In this document: in pieces, positions 1 to 12,592 of the stretch
Position numbering within the stretch: position 1 is the first letter of the stretch
Layout: each line of letters starts with the position of its first letter
Assembly: GCA_964016885.1 (NCBI GenBank)
Contig: OZ024740.1
Location: forward strand, 384,648,001 to 384,712,000
Source of the DNA: Eledone cirrhosa
Taxonomy: Eukaryota
Reading direction: 5' to 3'
DNA: 64,000 nt
The notes under the pieces: model-generated
The model's input: only the letters and a program-made list of their open reading frames with translations
Database searches by the model: none
What the model was told of the DNA's origin: nothing
Program-made: the position numbers and the translations under genes

Positions 1-203
1 TATGTGATGCCTGCCCCCTCGTTATCAAGTATGGCCATTGCATGATATAACATTATTAATAATTATCAATTAATGCTATTGTACAATGTCTGTGAGTGAT
101 GATTTTTTTTAAGTGAGGAAAGACTGTGCAGTGAGCCAGTCCCGCTCTCTGAGCGACAGTAGCTATAACCCGAAAAGAAGAAAAGATAAACATCATTGGT
201 AAC
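1..203. repeat. Unclassified interspersed repeat; diverged inverted copy at 3770-3968
   Basis: CTCTCTGAGCGACAGTAGCTATAACCCGA (145-173) is matched in reverse complement by TCGGGTTATAGTTACTGTCGCTCAGAGAG (3800-3828). Similarity extends over ~200 bp, and the 3968 end abuts (TA)n. Confidence 0.75.
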
Positions 204-1559
204 TACTGAGCCGAAGGTTTTATGTCGGAGTTGTCCCAGTTTCTTAAGTTGCCTTCTCCTAGAAGAATGCCCTGACGAATGGTATGGGTCTTTCACTCCC
301 AGTGGTTTAACCGCGCGATTGAGTAGCAAGCTCGATTATTTCTATGTCCCCGCGCATATATATACCCATGTTGGAAGAAAATATGAATGACCTTGCAATT
401 TTAATTCAGAAGCTACAATGGTCACTATATTAGGTACCTTCAAAATCTGTAAAACATTCTTAAAATTGAAAAGATGAACGATTGTGTCATGGACAGGGGA
501 AATATCCTTTTCGCTACAACCTTACTACCAAGAACGTGGCCGGGCCAATCATATTCTAAATCAAGAATAAATGACAAACATACACACATATACATGAGCA
601 TATACATACATACAAACATATCTATCAATCTGCCTGTATTTATGCATTTATCTCAATTTTTCTCTCCTCTCTTCTCTATCTCTCTTTCCCCATCACCAAG
701 ACAACTACTGGACATACCAAAGAAACAGCTTTGAACACACACTCTACCACTCACTATTGGTAATCACTCCTGGCGATCTCACATTCATAACTTAATCTGC
801 ATAACAATGACAAACCTTCTATTACAGAGTTAGAAAATATTTCAACCTAAAATATTTGCATTCCTTCCAATGTTATATTACACTAACAAATGGATATAAT
901 TCTTAGTTACATATACAGAAATTCTAGACAGCATATAAAAGAAAGTGTTCTGGTTTGCAAACATAAGCATCGCTTTCTTTCTTCGTCTATCTCATTGCTT
1001 TTCCTATATCTGAAATATTGCGCTGTACTCTGAACTCTCTGGGAAGCCATCCATTCCTATGGATGTCTTGCAGACATCAACACCGATCGCATCAATCTCA
1101 CCAAACTTAAATGTCTGTGACTGTAAAACCACTTGTTTATTTATCTCATTGTACCTCAAGTATTTATATACAACTATACATATCTTGGTGTGCAGTTATT
1201 TAAGGTGATTTTTATGATCGTGATATCACTGGCCGATGCAGTACGCCCGAATGTGTTCATATATGGGCATTTCTGAAGAACTTTGTTTTATTGTTCATAT
1301 ATTTTGTGGAGAACTTCAAACACTGCAATATTTTGTATTTCTCACTAATACAAAATGAACAGCTTTGCTTAATTTAATAGTAATAAACCAATGCTAGTAA
1401 CGAAAACGTGTGGAAGATAATTAATTATACTATAAATTTCCAGCTCAGTATATTGCATAGAGCGCTATGTTTCCTTTAACTGTTCGACGGAGTTACTCAA
1501 CACCAAGTATATATATATATATATATATACGCACATATATATATATATATCTTATTTTT

Positions 1560-1690
1560 CATTCTTTCTGCTGACGAAGGACTGGCGTCCGAAAGGGTCG
1601 GACCCTTTTTCCTTCTATTCCAAGCGTTAACCTAATATATTCCTTCCATATACTATACCGATTGTGTTTTTCCTGTTTACCTTTTACATA
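1560..1690 (+). mobile_element. PLE-type 3' fragment with HHR core, between (TA)n tracts
   Basis: CTGACGA-A-GGAC-tggc-GTCC-GAAA-ggg-TC at ~1571-1599. Core and stem II are clear; stem I pairs poorly. Confidence 0.55.
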
Positions 1691-1711
1691 CATATATATA
1701 TATATATATAA

Positions 1712-2290
1712 ATGCCGAAATACCCGCGCCTTGCTGCGTTTCACGCATTTTTTTTGGTAAGAAAATGATGATTGATTTTAAATCAGTGATATAATTTTTG
1801 TAATATATCAAATCAAAAGTACATTATTAAATCTTATTCTTATTTTGTTTCTTGTAAATCATTTTTTTCAAAATATCAATTCAAAACTTTTGTGAATAGG
1901 CATCATATCTTGTCATTTACCTATAGTTTAAATTTCATATAAATCGAAGGGAAAACAATTTCAACGAGCGTTTTGTGCCCCCGGGAAACCCCAATAGGGG
2001 GTTTAACCCCCATTAGGGTGTCTTAATATTATTGAATTTGCTGAAATTTTGTGAACAGGCATCATAGCTTATCATTTATCTATGGTTTAAATTTCATATA
2101 CATCGAAGGAAAAAATGTTCAGCTGGGGTTATGTGCCCCAGGGGAGCCTTTTAATTAAAATAAAATATACTTATCCAAGTATCCTGGGCAGTGTAGTTTC
2201 AGAATATATATGGTCATGGGGGTCTATCTCCAAAACCATAGGAGTAGTTCGTGAACAAACAGTCAGGAATACAACTTTATATATATATAT
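1712..2290 (-). mobile_element. Short non-autonomous Helitron-like element
   Basis: Left end TACCCGCGCCTTGCTGCG resembles the 3' hairpin of the 10887 Helitron. It has two internal ~135-bp subrepeats (tttgtgaa..ggcatcat..aaatttcatata..atcgaagg). The right end ..CAAACAG..CTTTATATATAT resembles that Helitron's 5' end. Confidence 0.55.
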
Positions 2291-2342
2291 ACATATATTA
2301 ATATTTATGGCAATATTTTAAAAATATGACCCTCCTCAAGTA

Positions 2343-2407
<65 letters not shown>

Positions 2408-2409
<2 letters not shown>

Positions 2410-2921
2410 GTATTTAAGAAAGCCACAACAATGCAGAGAAAGTGAAAATTGAGAGAGACAAAGATGAAAACAAAACAAAGGTAGAAGGGTTACCGTAGTA
2501 GAGATTTAATCCCAATATTTCGGGCTCACGCCCATCAACGGGGCGCCCATCAGCGGGGGAAAGTTCCAAAAGGGGGGGAACAGGCCAAGCGGAGAAAGTT
2601 GTGATGTCGTTAAGACAGGAATGCTGTCTTAACGACATCACAACTTTCTCCGCTTGGCCTGTTCCCCCCCTTTTGGAACTTTCCCCCGCTGATGGGCGCC
2701 CCGTTGATGGGCGTGAGCCCGAAATATTGGGATTAAATCTCTACTACGGTAACCCTTCTACCTTTGTTTTGTTTACATCTTTGTCTCTCTCAATTTTCAC
2801 TTTCACCTGTTTTTCCTATCTATCTTTCATTTCCTACCTCGAGATTTCCCTCTGCATTGTTGTGGCTTTCTTAAATACGTATTTTACACATTTCACAATG
2901 CTTCAAGCAAACTTTAACACC

Positions 2922-2925
<4 letters not shown>
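2408..2925. mobile_element. Fold-back PLE/retrozyme-type insertion (family I) in (TA)n
   Basis: Arms ~2408-2618 and ~2625-2881 are near-identical inverted copies around a short centre (AAGACAG-GAATG-CTGTCTT). The left arm lacks an internal ~50-nt segment and the right arm has a ~45-nt tail. Degenerate HHR-like TTGAT-GGGC-gtga-GCCC-GAAA-ta-TT at ~2704-2728. Confidence 0.8.
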
Positions 2926-2970
<45 letters not shown>

Positions 2971-2988
2971 GTATATATATAAATACAA

Positions 2989-3060
<72 letters not shown>

Positions 3061-3512
3061 GCAAAAGTTCTATTTAAAATTGTTGGGATACAACAAGTAA
3101 ATATTTTTATAACTGATATAAAGCACTCGACAAGTATTTGGAGTAGATATACGATATTAATAAATGGAAACTATATTTATAAAACCGTATTTATTTCATT
3201 ATACTTATTTCAGGGATACCAAATTAAATTATGGTATGCCTTCATCAGACAAAATACAATATATAACAGTTTTACAAATAAGCTTTGACGTACCGTATTA
3301 AAATGCAACCATTGTTTTTGAAAGTCATCCGGGTGACTTCCAAAAACAATGGTTGCATTTTAATAGGGTACGTCAAAGCTTAATTGTAAAACTGTTATAT
3401 ATTGTATTTTGTCTGATGAAGACATACCATAATTTAATTTGGTATCCCTGAAATATGTATAATGAAATAAATATGGTTTTATAAATATAGTTTCCATTTA
3501 TTAATATCGTAT
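3061..3512. mobile_element. Fold-back HHR element (family B) in (TA)n
   Basis: Inverted arms ~3151-3328 and ~3333-3511 around CATC-CG-GGTG. The left arm has a ~90-nt tail (3061-3150). Confidence 0.9.
3405..3469 (+). ncRNA. Type-I minimal hammerhead ribozyme, family B (other copies 3192-3256 -, 4233-4297 -, 5012-5076 +)
   Basis: Stem I TATTTTGT/ATGAAATA (two GU pairs); core CTGATGA; stem II AGGCATACC..GGTATCCCT; GAAA; near-palindromic stem III ATATGTAT; AUA cleavage triplet. Confidence 0.8.
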
Positions 3513-3640
3513 ATATATGTATATATATGTATATATATATATATATACATATATAAATACAAATATAAATATATATATATATATTTACATATATATTTAT
3601 ATATATATATGTATGTATATATATGTATATATATATACAT

Positions 3641-3671
<31 letters not shown>

Positions 3672-3674
3672 TAA

Positions 3675-3706
<32 letters not shown>

Positions 3707-4123
3707 ATGTATAAATTCGTGTATATTAATGTAATTTTTTAAAAATGGCTTTATACATTCGATGCACGTGTTACCGATGATGTTGATCCTTTCTTCTTCT
3801 CGGGTTATAGTTACTGTCGCTCAGAGAGTGGGATTGGTTCAGTGCACAGTCTTTTCTCACTTTAAAAAAAATCTTCACGCACAGGCATTTTACGATGGAA
3901 TTAATTGATAAATATTAATAATGGTATATTGTGAAATGGCAACACTCGATGACGAGGGGCAGCCCTCATATATATATATATAAAAGAAGTAAGTGACATA
4001 GTCACTACTTTAAAACTGGTAGTGTATGTTCTTCTAAATGCTTTTTATTAAACATACGGCGGTAAATTGCCAAATATACTATACATACATTCATGTATCC
4101 ATCGCTATTTCAGAACACCAATC

Positions 4124-4189
<66 letters not shown>

Positions 4190-4190
<1 letters not shown>

Positions 4191-5208
4191 ACGATATTAA
4201 ATAAATGGAAACCATATTTATAAAACCATATTTATTTCATTATACATATTTCAAGGATACCTTTTTAAATTATGGTATGCCTTCATCAGACAAAATACAA
4301 TATATACCAGTTTTATAAATAAACATTGACGCATCCTTTCAAAATGCGACCGTTAGTTTTGGAAGACATCAGGATAGTGGTTTGTTTATTTTAGTAAGTC
4401 GTTGTGTTAAGGAGAAGGAAAAAGACGGAGAGAGATAAAAGTGGAGAAAAGAAAGGGAGAGATAAATAATGAAAAAGAAAAAAGCAAAAAGAAAAAAAGA
4501 AAACAGAGAAAAACAACAGAGAGATATCAAACCACCAGACAGAGAGAAAAAATCAAGAGAGAGAAATATAGAGATAGAGAGAGGAGGAGAGAACGAAAAC
4601 CTTAAGTCATGTCATATTAAGTTGAGTTAACAATTAAGATGAAATGAATAAATAAAATTAGAAATATTAATATTCATGAATGGAATATACATATATAATA
4701 TGAGAAATTAATCATTGTTTAGTTATGATTAGATATTTAGTTTAAAAATTGAGATCAATATATTAAAAATTGGAATTTAAACATTACGAAATATATATAT
4801 TGCTCGAGAAATTACCTATCATATAGCACGTACATATATGCAAAAATACATAAATATATATATATATACACACACACTCAGAAATTACACACTATATCTA
4901 CTTGCCCATATAAAATAAAATAAACAAACCACTATCCTGATGTCTTCCAAAAGTAACGGTCGCATTTTGAAAGGGTGCGTCAATGTTTATTTATAAAACT
5001 GGTATATATTGTATTTTGTCTGATGAAGGCATACCCTAATTTAAAATGGTACCCTTGAAATATGTATAATGAAATAAATGTGGTTTTATAAATATAGTTT
5101 CCATTTATTAATATCGTATATTTACTCCAAATTCTTGTGGAGTGCTTTATATCAGTTATAAAAATATTTGCTTGTTGTATCCCAACAATTTAAATAGAAC
5201 TTTTGCAT
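4190..5208. mobile_element. Longer fold-back copy of family B with GA-rich spacer
   Basis: Arms ~4190-4392 and ~4917-5120 are inverted. The tail (5120-5208) is on the right arm and matches 3061-3150 in reverse complement. Both ends lie in (TA)n. Confidence 0.9.
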
Positions 5209-5226
5209 ATATATATCTATATATAT

Positions 5227-5410
5227 AACGAAGGAAATGTGGTAAGGAACCAGGTGGACCATAACGCACCAAAGTACTCAATGCTTGAGGTAGTAGAGTG
5301 GGTAATAGGAACCAGTAAGACCCCGACAGCTGAGCTCAAGCCGTTTCGACGGCTAATTCAGAATTAGCCGTCGAAACGGCTTGAGCTCAGCTGTCGGGGT
5401 CTTACTGGTT

Positions 5411-5413
<3 letters not shown>
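5227..5413. mobile_element. Fold-back HHR element (family A) in (TA)n
   Basis: Perfect 52-bp arms 5308-5359 and 5361-5412 with a 1-nt centre, plus an ~80-nt tail 5227-5307. Confidence 0.9.
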
Positions 5414-5469
<56 letters not shown>

Positions 5470-5539
5470 TAATTTGTTAATTTTATTCATGTTTGGCAGA
5501 TGACAGATGATCTTGATGGTATAGATGTTATCAAGGCAT

Positions 5540-6660
5540 TTTCATGTAACTGTGAATTTATGGTTCTTGGAAAATATCTCCTTTTTCATCATCACTTATC
5601 AGCTATCAACAAGAAATGTTTCTGCAATTTTTTCTCTCATTAACAATTGGAAACCAGGGTCACTATTTGTGTTTTATCCATGTTTTGGCGTTCACTACTA
5701 TTTCACCTACTTCCTAATTATACTATAAAAGACCTTGCATAGAATATCTAAAAATGATAATATACCTTCACACCTTACCGAGGATTTTTCCAAGCCTTGG
5801 TTAAAGCTTTAGTTTTCAGTGATTTCCATAAGGACACTAAATTGAATATTGCGAAGTTGAGATTGTAGATCTTGATGTTGCTCAAACGTGTTCATCCCGT
5901 TTGTTTTCCGTAAATCGTATTCTATCACCAAGCGCATTCTTTCCAAATATCTTCTTCCTCTTTAGGCCACAAATATACCTTTAACAATTGGTTGGATGGT
6001 GAAGGAAACACTAAGGAGAATAGATATGCACCAACATTTATTATCTTTACTGAAATGTTGCTGGCCACTTGGGGATTAGATACCTTTTGTAAAACTATTT
6101 GCACCTTCGATTCAGCAGTAGAAAGTTTGTTGAAGTTTTCCTGATATTTGCCCATTCCAGGAATGGATATATGAGAACAATTACTGATTTGATATTTACT
6201 CTTGTAGCTTGAATACTATTTCTTTCAAAATTCACGAACGTACTGAGTTCCCCACATCCATTAACATTAAAATAGAGTTATCGCTTTCGTTCACGCTATA
6301 CAAAACCAAGGTTACAACTATGTTTGGAGGTTTCATTCTTGAAAGCTTGGATATTCGGAATTAGTAACATCCAATACAACACTTCTTCTTTCCAGTTACA
6401 CCCCGCAGTTAATTAAATTATTTAACTTCTATTTGAATTGTTTGCTTTCATCAGTTGGTACGTAGCCTATTTTAGTAAGTTTATTTACATTATGTATTAA
6501 ATAAACTTTTCTAAATCATCATAACTCGATGGACTCTGTTACTACATGATATAATCATAACTGGCCTCTCAAGCTTTTTATCTTGTGATATTTCCGATTA
6601 TGATTCAGGAGTATTTCTTAGAGACTTTTTAATGCCTCTGATGAATTTAATATCTTTGGT
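5540..6660 (-). pseudogene. Possible decayed hAT-type transposase fragment
   Basis: Minus-strand translation near 5820-5880 reads QLRNIQFSVLMEITE, resembling the hAT 'L...FS...DE(S/T)TD' first catalytic Asp region. Many stops; boundaries approximate. Confidence 0.3.
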
Positions 6661-6763
6661 AGGTTTCAGCACCAATGTAGGAGACCCAGAATATACCCCT
6701 CTACAAAACTGATACACCAAGTCAGCAGACGAAAACAACGATAATAATCACGTTCCGAATTGA

Positions 6764-6831
<68 letters not shown>

Positions 6832-6851
6832 ATATATATATATACATACAG

Positions 6852-6896
<45 letters not shown>

Positions 6897-6897
<1 letters not shown>

Positions 6898-7127
6898 TTA
6901 TTAAAATAACAGATTAAAGTTTAAGCAAAGAATCGCTGCTTTCACCCTTAACGAGGTCTTATGAGTTTCAGAAGATACTGTTAAGAGTGAAAGCACCGAT
7001 TCTTTGCTTAAACTTTAATCTGTTATTTTAATAAACATTTGCTCTACGGTTCTTATATATTTGATGTATATTTATCCTTATCGAGCCCTCTTTGGATTTT
7101 AGTCTTCAAATATATTATTATTACTAT
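6897..7127. mobile_element. Fold-back element family F (other copies 16155-16218, 37708-38022, 48484-48575; related segment 30065-30225)
   Basis: TTTATTAAAATAACAGATTAAAGTTTAAGCAAAGAATCG is inverted at ~6997-7035, followed by a ~95-nt tail. HHR-like CAGAAGA-TCCC-gtta-AGGGT-GAAA-gcaTC with a non-canonical U4 position. Confidence 0.75.
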
Positions 7128-7310
7128 CTGTGGATTGGCAGTATCAGTAGAGGGTCGGACGCCATGCTTTGACGCATAGAGTTACGGCCCTTGCCATTCT
7201 GAGTTCAAATCCCGCCGAGGTTAACTTTGATTTTATCCTTACGGGGTCTATAAAATAAAAGTACCAGTAATGCACTGGGTAATTGCTGGCCTTGTTCCCA
7301 AATTAGAAAT
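7128..7310 (+). mobile_element. tRNA-derived SINE (family S1)
   Basis: Pol III A-box-like TGGCAGTATCAG and B box GAGTTCAAATC; central CTTT..TTTCATCCTTACGGGGTCGATAAAATAAAGTACCAG domain; 3' GGCCTTGTGCC..TAGAAAC. Many copies in this window. Confidence 0.85.
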
Positions 7311-7384
7311 TTTATTTTATTTTATATATACATATATACATATTGAATTTGTGCTAGCCCGCCAAATTTTCCACTCGCTCAATA

Positions 7385-8670
7385 CATCTGATGGAGCGCC
7401 TGCTTCGAGTGATAGATGTAGATGTTTCTCTTTTTCGCATCCTATTTTAACAGTTCACTGGGTGGCTAACTGGCAGCATTTACTGGTAAAATATATTCAC
7501 AGCAGGCTCAGTGATGTACGGCAGTTAGTTATCAAAACTGTGAACAAACTAAAGTCGAATTTTTTTTCAACTTGTTTTCCGTCAATTGATAATAATGATT
7601 ATGTGAAGCTTTTATACCATTCTGAAGAACTATGGTTGTCAAAACACGATTGTATTGACCGTTTTGTGAAACAGTTTGATACAATGATACTTCTCTGATT
7701 GCTTCAAAATGTAATACATATTTCCTTACCGTTATATTAGCCAAACCAAAGTATCTCAATACGTAGTTGCGAGAAAAGCCACAAAACGCTTTTCGACTGT
7801 AAATTGTCCACCATAGCCTTCATTTCTAAGTGAATGCTATATAATATGAACATTTGATGACTTCAACTCCACAAATTTCAATGATGGAATATCTTGTAAG
7901 ATGAATTGGCTGATGAATTTTCCATTACATATCGTGATTACGTGCAATCAAGGGATGATGACATGGTACGGCGATTTCAGGATATTATCGTATTACTTGT
8001 TCCAGTTTGGTATACCAACCAGTTTGACGTCCAAGTAATCGATTGTGAAGATGTGCCAAATAATTGATAGATTTACCAAATGTCAACGATGCCTCAATGC
8101 GATAAACATGGGTTTGTGTTATTAGGAAATATAGTGACATCTTATCCTAATCTACGGAAGTACTTAAAGTTGATTTTGCTTGCTCTTTCAACACACTATT
8201 TGATAGAAGCTGGATTCAGCCAAGTTAATACCTTGTTAACTGAAAGAAGAAGTAAACTGGATATAACCATGAGATGTGACATGCAGTTAAAGATTACTAA
8301 TTTTAAACCCTGTGTTTACACTAGCTACATCACAACAGACTCACGAGCCATATTGATGATATATAAAAATGGTATGCGTGTGCCAAAACATTTGAAGTTA
8401 CTACTTTTTACCATACGTTTAATAAAGTATCAGGTAATCCAACATTTGTTCGTAAGTTTGTAAGAGTTAAACATTTGACAGCAGCCAGCTTGATACTGGT
8501 TTGTAATCGGACTTATGATGACAGTAATACATTTTATTATCCGAAAAAGTGCCTATTAGGAAATCTGCCATCTAAGATCTATGATTTGAATAGTTAATAT
8601 ACAGGTGGGCGGTGGATTTTTTTTTTTTCTGAAAGTTGGCAATGATACAAAAATGTTGGGATCCCTTGAT
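7385..8670 (+). pseudogene. Decayed hAT (Buster/Charlie, SCAND3/ZBED-like) transposon, 3' half
   Basis: ORF pieces LLYHSEELWLSKHDCIDRF (cf. LLLHTEVRWLSKG..L.RF) and YPNL..LILLALSTHYLIEAGFS..LLTERRSKLDI..RCDMQL (hAT dimerisation domain). TIR-like end TGTTGGGATCCCTTG at ~8655-8669. Confidence 0.75.
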
Positions 8671-8859
8671 ATAGATGTAGGTAAAAACAAACCGTGGCGA
8701 AACCGTATGAATTGGCGATCGTCTTTTTACCTTGTTATATCAGTGACTCTCCGATCGCTGACGAACGAAGTATAATCAACTTCGGGGAACTAGGTATAGT
8801 AACTTATGCGACACTTTGCTATGCAGTTCTAGTCCTGTACAAGCCATTTCTATATTACA

Positions 8860-9900
<1,041 letters not shown>

Positions 9901-10624
9901 GACATTGCAAAGCAAACAGCTTTCATATATATGAAATAAAGAAATAAAACAAAATGAAACCAGTCCAAGTTGGCTTGCATGTCGGATTTGATGTAAACGA
10001 ATCTATTGTGAGCCCAGCCCTAGTTATGTTCTATGGATACCGCCGTAATCTTAGTAAGTATAATACTTTGAAAGGTGCCATTCAGATTAAGCTTTTACAA
10101 TCGATGGAAACCAATTATCTAATGTAAGTTGAACGACATTAAGTCGACAAGTTAAGAACATGGAGGGGAATCGGTCACATTTGAAATGGTCTGAGAGAAA
10201 TGCCGGGGTTGCACGGGGACGAATAACGTACTGAATTCAAACAATGTAACACATGAATAATGAAGAGAATAGAAGGCCAGCGCTGTTCAAATCCAGCGAC
10301 TAGGTGTTAATTTGATATTTTTGAAAGCTGCTCGGGGTTAAGATAGGGCGAATAACGAGAGAATTGTAGAAGCAGAGGGAAGTGGGAAAAAGAGAAGGAG
10401 GGGTGTGGGATGGTGTGGAAAAGGACACAGGAGAAGAAAAGAAAGATAAATGATGTAGATTGATTGATATTGCGAATAAAAGAGTGAAGAGTGTATTTGA
10501 AATGATAAAAAGGTGGAAAAATAATGAGAACATGATAGACGGTAGGGTAGCGGAGTGAAGAGCTATATATGTATATATACATATACATATACATATATAT
10601 ATATATATGTATATGTATATGTAT

Positions 10625-10753
<129 letters not shown>

Positions 10754-10810
10754 CATGTGTGTGTGTATATGTATATAATTATATTACACACACACACACA
10801 TTTATATATA

Positions 10811-10884
10811 TATTAAATAAATGGAAACTATATTTATAAAACCATATTTATTCTATATTCTAAATATAGTTTCCATTTATTTAA
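10811..10884. mobile_element. Miniature fold-back remnant of family B
   Basis: TTAAATAAATGGAAACTATATTTA ... TAAATATAGTTTCCATTTATTTAA, matching the family B short terminus. Confidence 0.75.
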
Positions 10885-10956
10885 GACTAGCAGAGGTACC
10901 CGGCATTGTCCGGTATAACTCTCAATGGAGTAGTCATTCAAATGAACGACTATAGT

Positions 10957-11336
10957 AGTAACAATTTATAGGTGTTGGCCCTAAGGAGGGCCTTTGAACG
11001 TCCACTTTGAAATATCTCTGCGGCGGTGCTGCCAGCAAAGACGAATCCGATGGTAACAATTTAAAGTTGATCGCCCTAAAGAGAGCCTTGGTTCGTTCAA
11101 TCTTAGAAGTCTCAGCGGCGGTGCTGCCAGCAAAGACGAATCCAGCGATAACAATTTATAGTTGGTGGCTCTGAAGAGGATCTTTTAACGTTCACTTTGA
11201 AATATCTCAGCGGCGGTGCTGCCAGCAAAGAAGAATCCGATGGTAACAATTTAAACTTGGTGGCACTGAAGAGGTCCTTGGATCGTTCACTCTTAAAAGT
11301 CCCAGTGGCAGAGCTGTCAGCAAAGACGACTCCGAT
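10957..11336. repeat. Subterminal minisatellite of the Helitron, ~86-115-bp units, ~4 copies
   Basis: Recurring TAACAATTTA..GCGGCGGTGCTGCCAGCAAAGACGAATCC, with alternating unit variants. Confidence 0.85.
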
Positions 11337-11714
11337 TAGAGGTGGTGGTCCTTAAGAAGTCGTTCACACCACTTTGGTGTGTCGTATTTGCTCTACTTGT
11401 TATTTGAGATTGTAACCTAGAAAAGCATGTAACAGTCGGTGGCCACAAAACCGGCCTTGGCAAGATCACGCTGGAATGTCAAAAGAGGAGGGAAAAGTAG
11501 ATTAATTAGGTTAAAACTACGGAACATCGATCGTAAAGCGTAATAGCAACTTATAAATGCGTAAAACGGAGACATTGAACATTTATAACGTATAGTAAAA
11601 GCAAACTCAGGGGCGTACGTGGTATTGTTAAAAGGACAAAAATAGCACACGGATACAGCAAATGCAAGCACTTATACAAAAAAAACAGCGATTACTTGTT
11701 GGCGGATGGGGTGC

Positions 11715-12245
11715 CTACAAAACTTCCTTATAGACTATATTTTGGCTTTTCTCGAGAGTTGCAAAAGCAAATAGGTTATGCCGGCTCCTCACTCGAGAGC
11801 AGCCAACATATAGTTGACCACGGGAGAACCATGGCTCTTCAAAATTAAGCCCTACGACCGTTAGCGTCTGACCCTGTGATCGTTTAATCGACATGGCGAA
11901 ACAGAGGAAATTGCAGCCTTCTGAATGTGAAAGGAATGTCTTTACCGGATGAAATGAGAGGTATCCTTGGTAGGAAGACAGTATCCCCCTTACCACATCC
12001 TGTAAGTATTGTTGCCTCAATAATATGAGGCACCGCCTTTTGGACGACCAGACGCGTGCCGATGGAAAGCCTTCCGGGTTCCAAATTCCTGAGGAGCATG
12101 ACAGGGGCAACTTTCTTAAGTCGGAGTAAATGTGGTTGCAATCCGGGAGGGTCTAGGGCGTTAAGATATTATGTGGGGTAATTAACAACTTCGTCCGCAT
12201 CAGCCATAGAGTCAAGGGACTTGTAGAAGTGCAGGTTTCCAGGCA
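11715..12245 (-). pseudogene. Helitron RepHel PIF1-like helicase C-terminal fragment (frameshifted)
   Basis: PHLLRLKKVAPVMLLRNL..GTRL..IEATILTG..VFLPRIPL..PFTFRRLQFP, then FAMSIKRSQGQTL..GLNFEEPWFSRGQLYVGCSRV..NIVYKEVL*. These are PIF1/Helitron helicase motifs V-VI. Confidence 0.9.
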
Positions 12246-12249
12246 AAGC

Positions 12250-12592
12250 ACAGCGTAGTCCTAGAAATGTCACGTAACGATGATCGCTGCTGTTCACTTT
12301 GCAGAAGTCGGCCACGCCGTTGCTCTATGGTTTCAGTATTTTGTGCAGCAGCAGTGGCAGCGGCGTCCCTGCTTCGTCGAACGGCACGTCGTCCTTCATC
12401 CTCTCAGGCGCGAACAGCAGCAGTCGCGGCAGCACCTTTGTTCCGCCGAAGTTCACGCCGACTGTCATCCTCCTCCGCTCTTGCAGCTGCCGTCTGCACA
12501 GCATTCTTTGAGAACCTGATCGCAGTCGCATTTACATCTTCGGTGAAACGCCTTCGCTTAGATCTACTTGCATCATTAGATAATCGACCAAT
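12250..12592 (-). pseudogene. Probable RepHel N-terminal low-complexity region, joined to the helicase end by internal deletion
   Basis: The minus frame reads ..AARAEEDDSRRELRR..AAQNTETIEQRRGRL, typical of the Arg/Glu/Ala repeats at Helitron ORF starts. Confidence 0.55.

Noticed and set aside
268-320. CTGACGA hammerhead-like heptamer
   Set aside because: No properly placed GAAA or stem II follows.
700-880. Possible GIY-YIG remnant (also ~10270-10340, minus strand)
   Set aside because: Similarity is too weak and frame-broken to support by eye.
2414-3077. Mirror-image ORFs MMSLRQ.. on both strands
   Set aside because: Consequence of the fold-back structure.
3061-5413. MITE/Foldback DNA transposon interpretation of the inverted repeats
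   Set aside because: Arms are asymmetric, centres differ between copies of the same family, and HHR motifs are present. This fits PLE-type retrotransposition rather than TIR elements.
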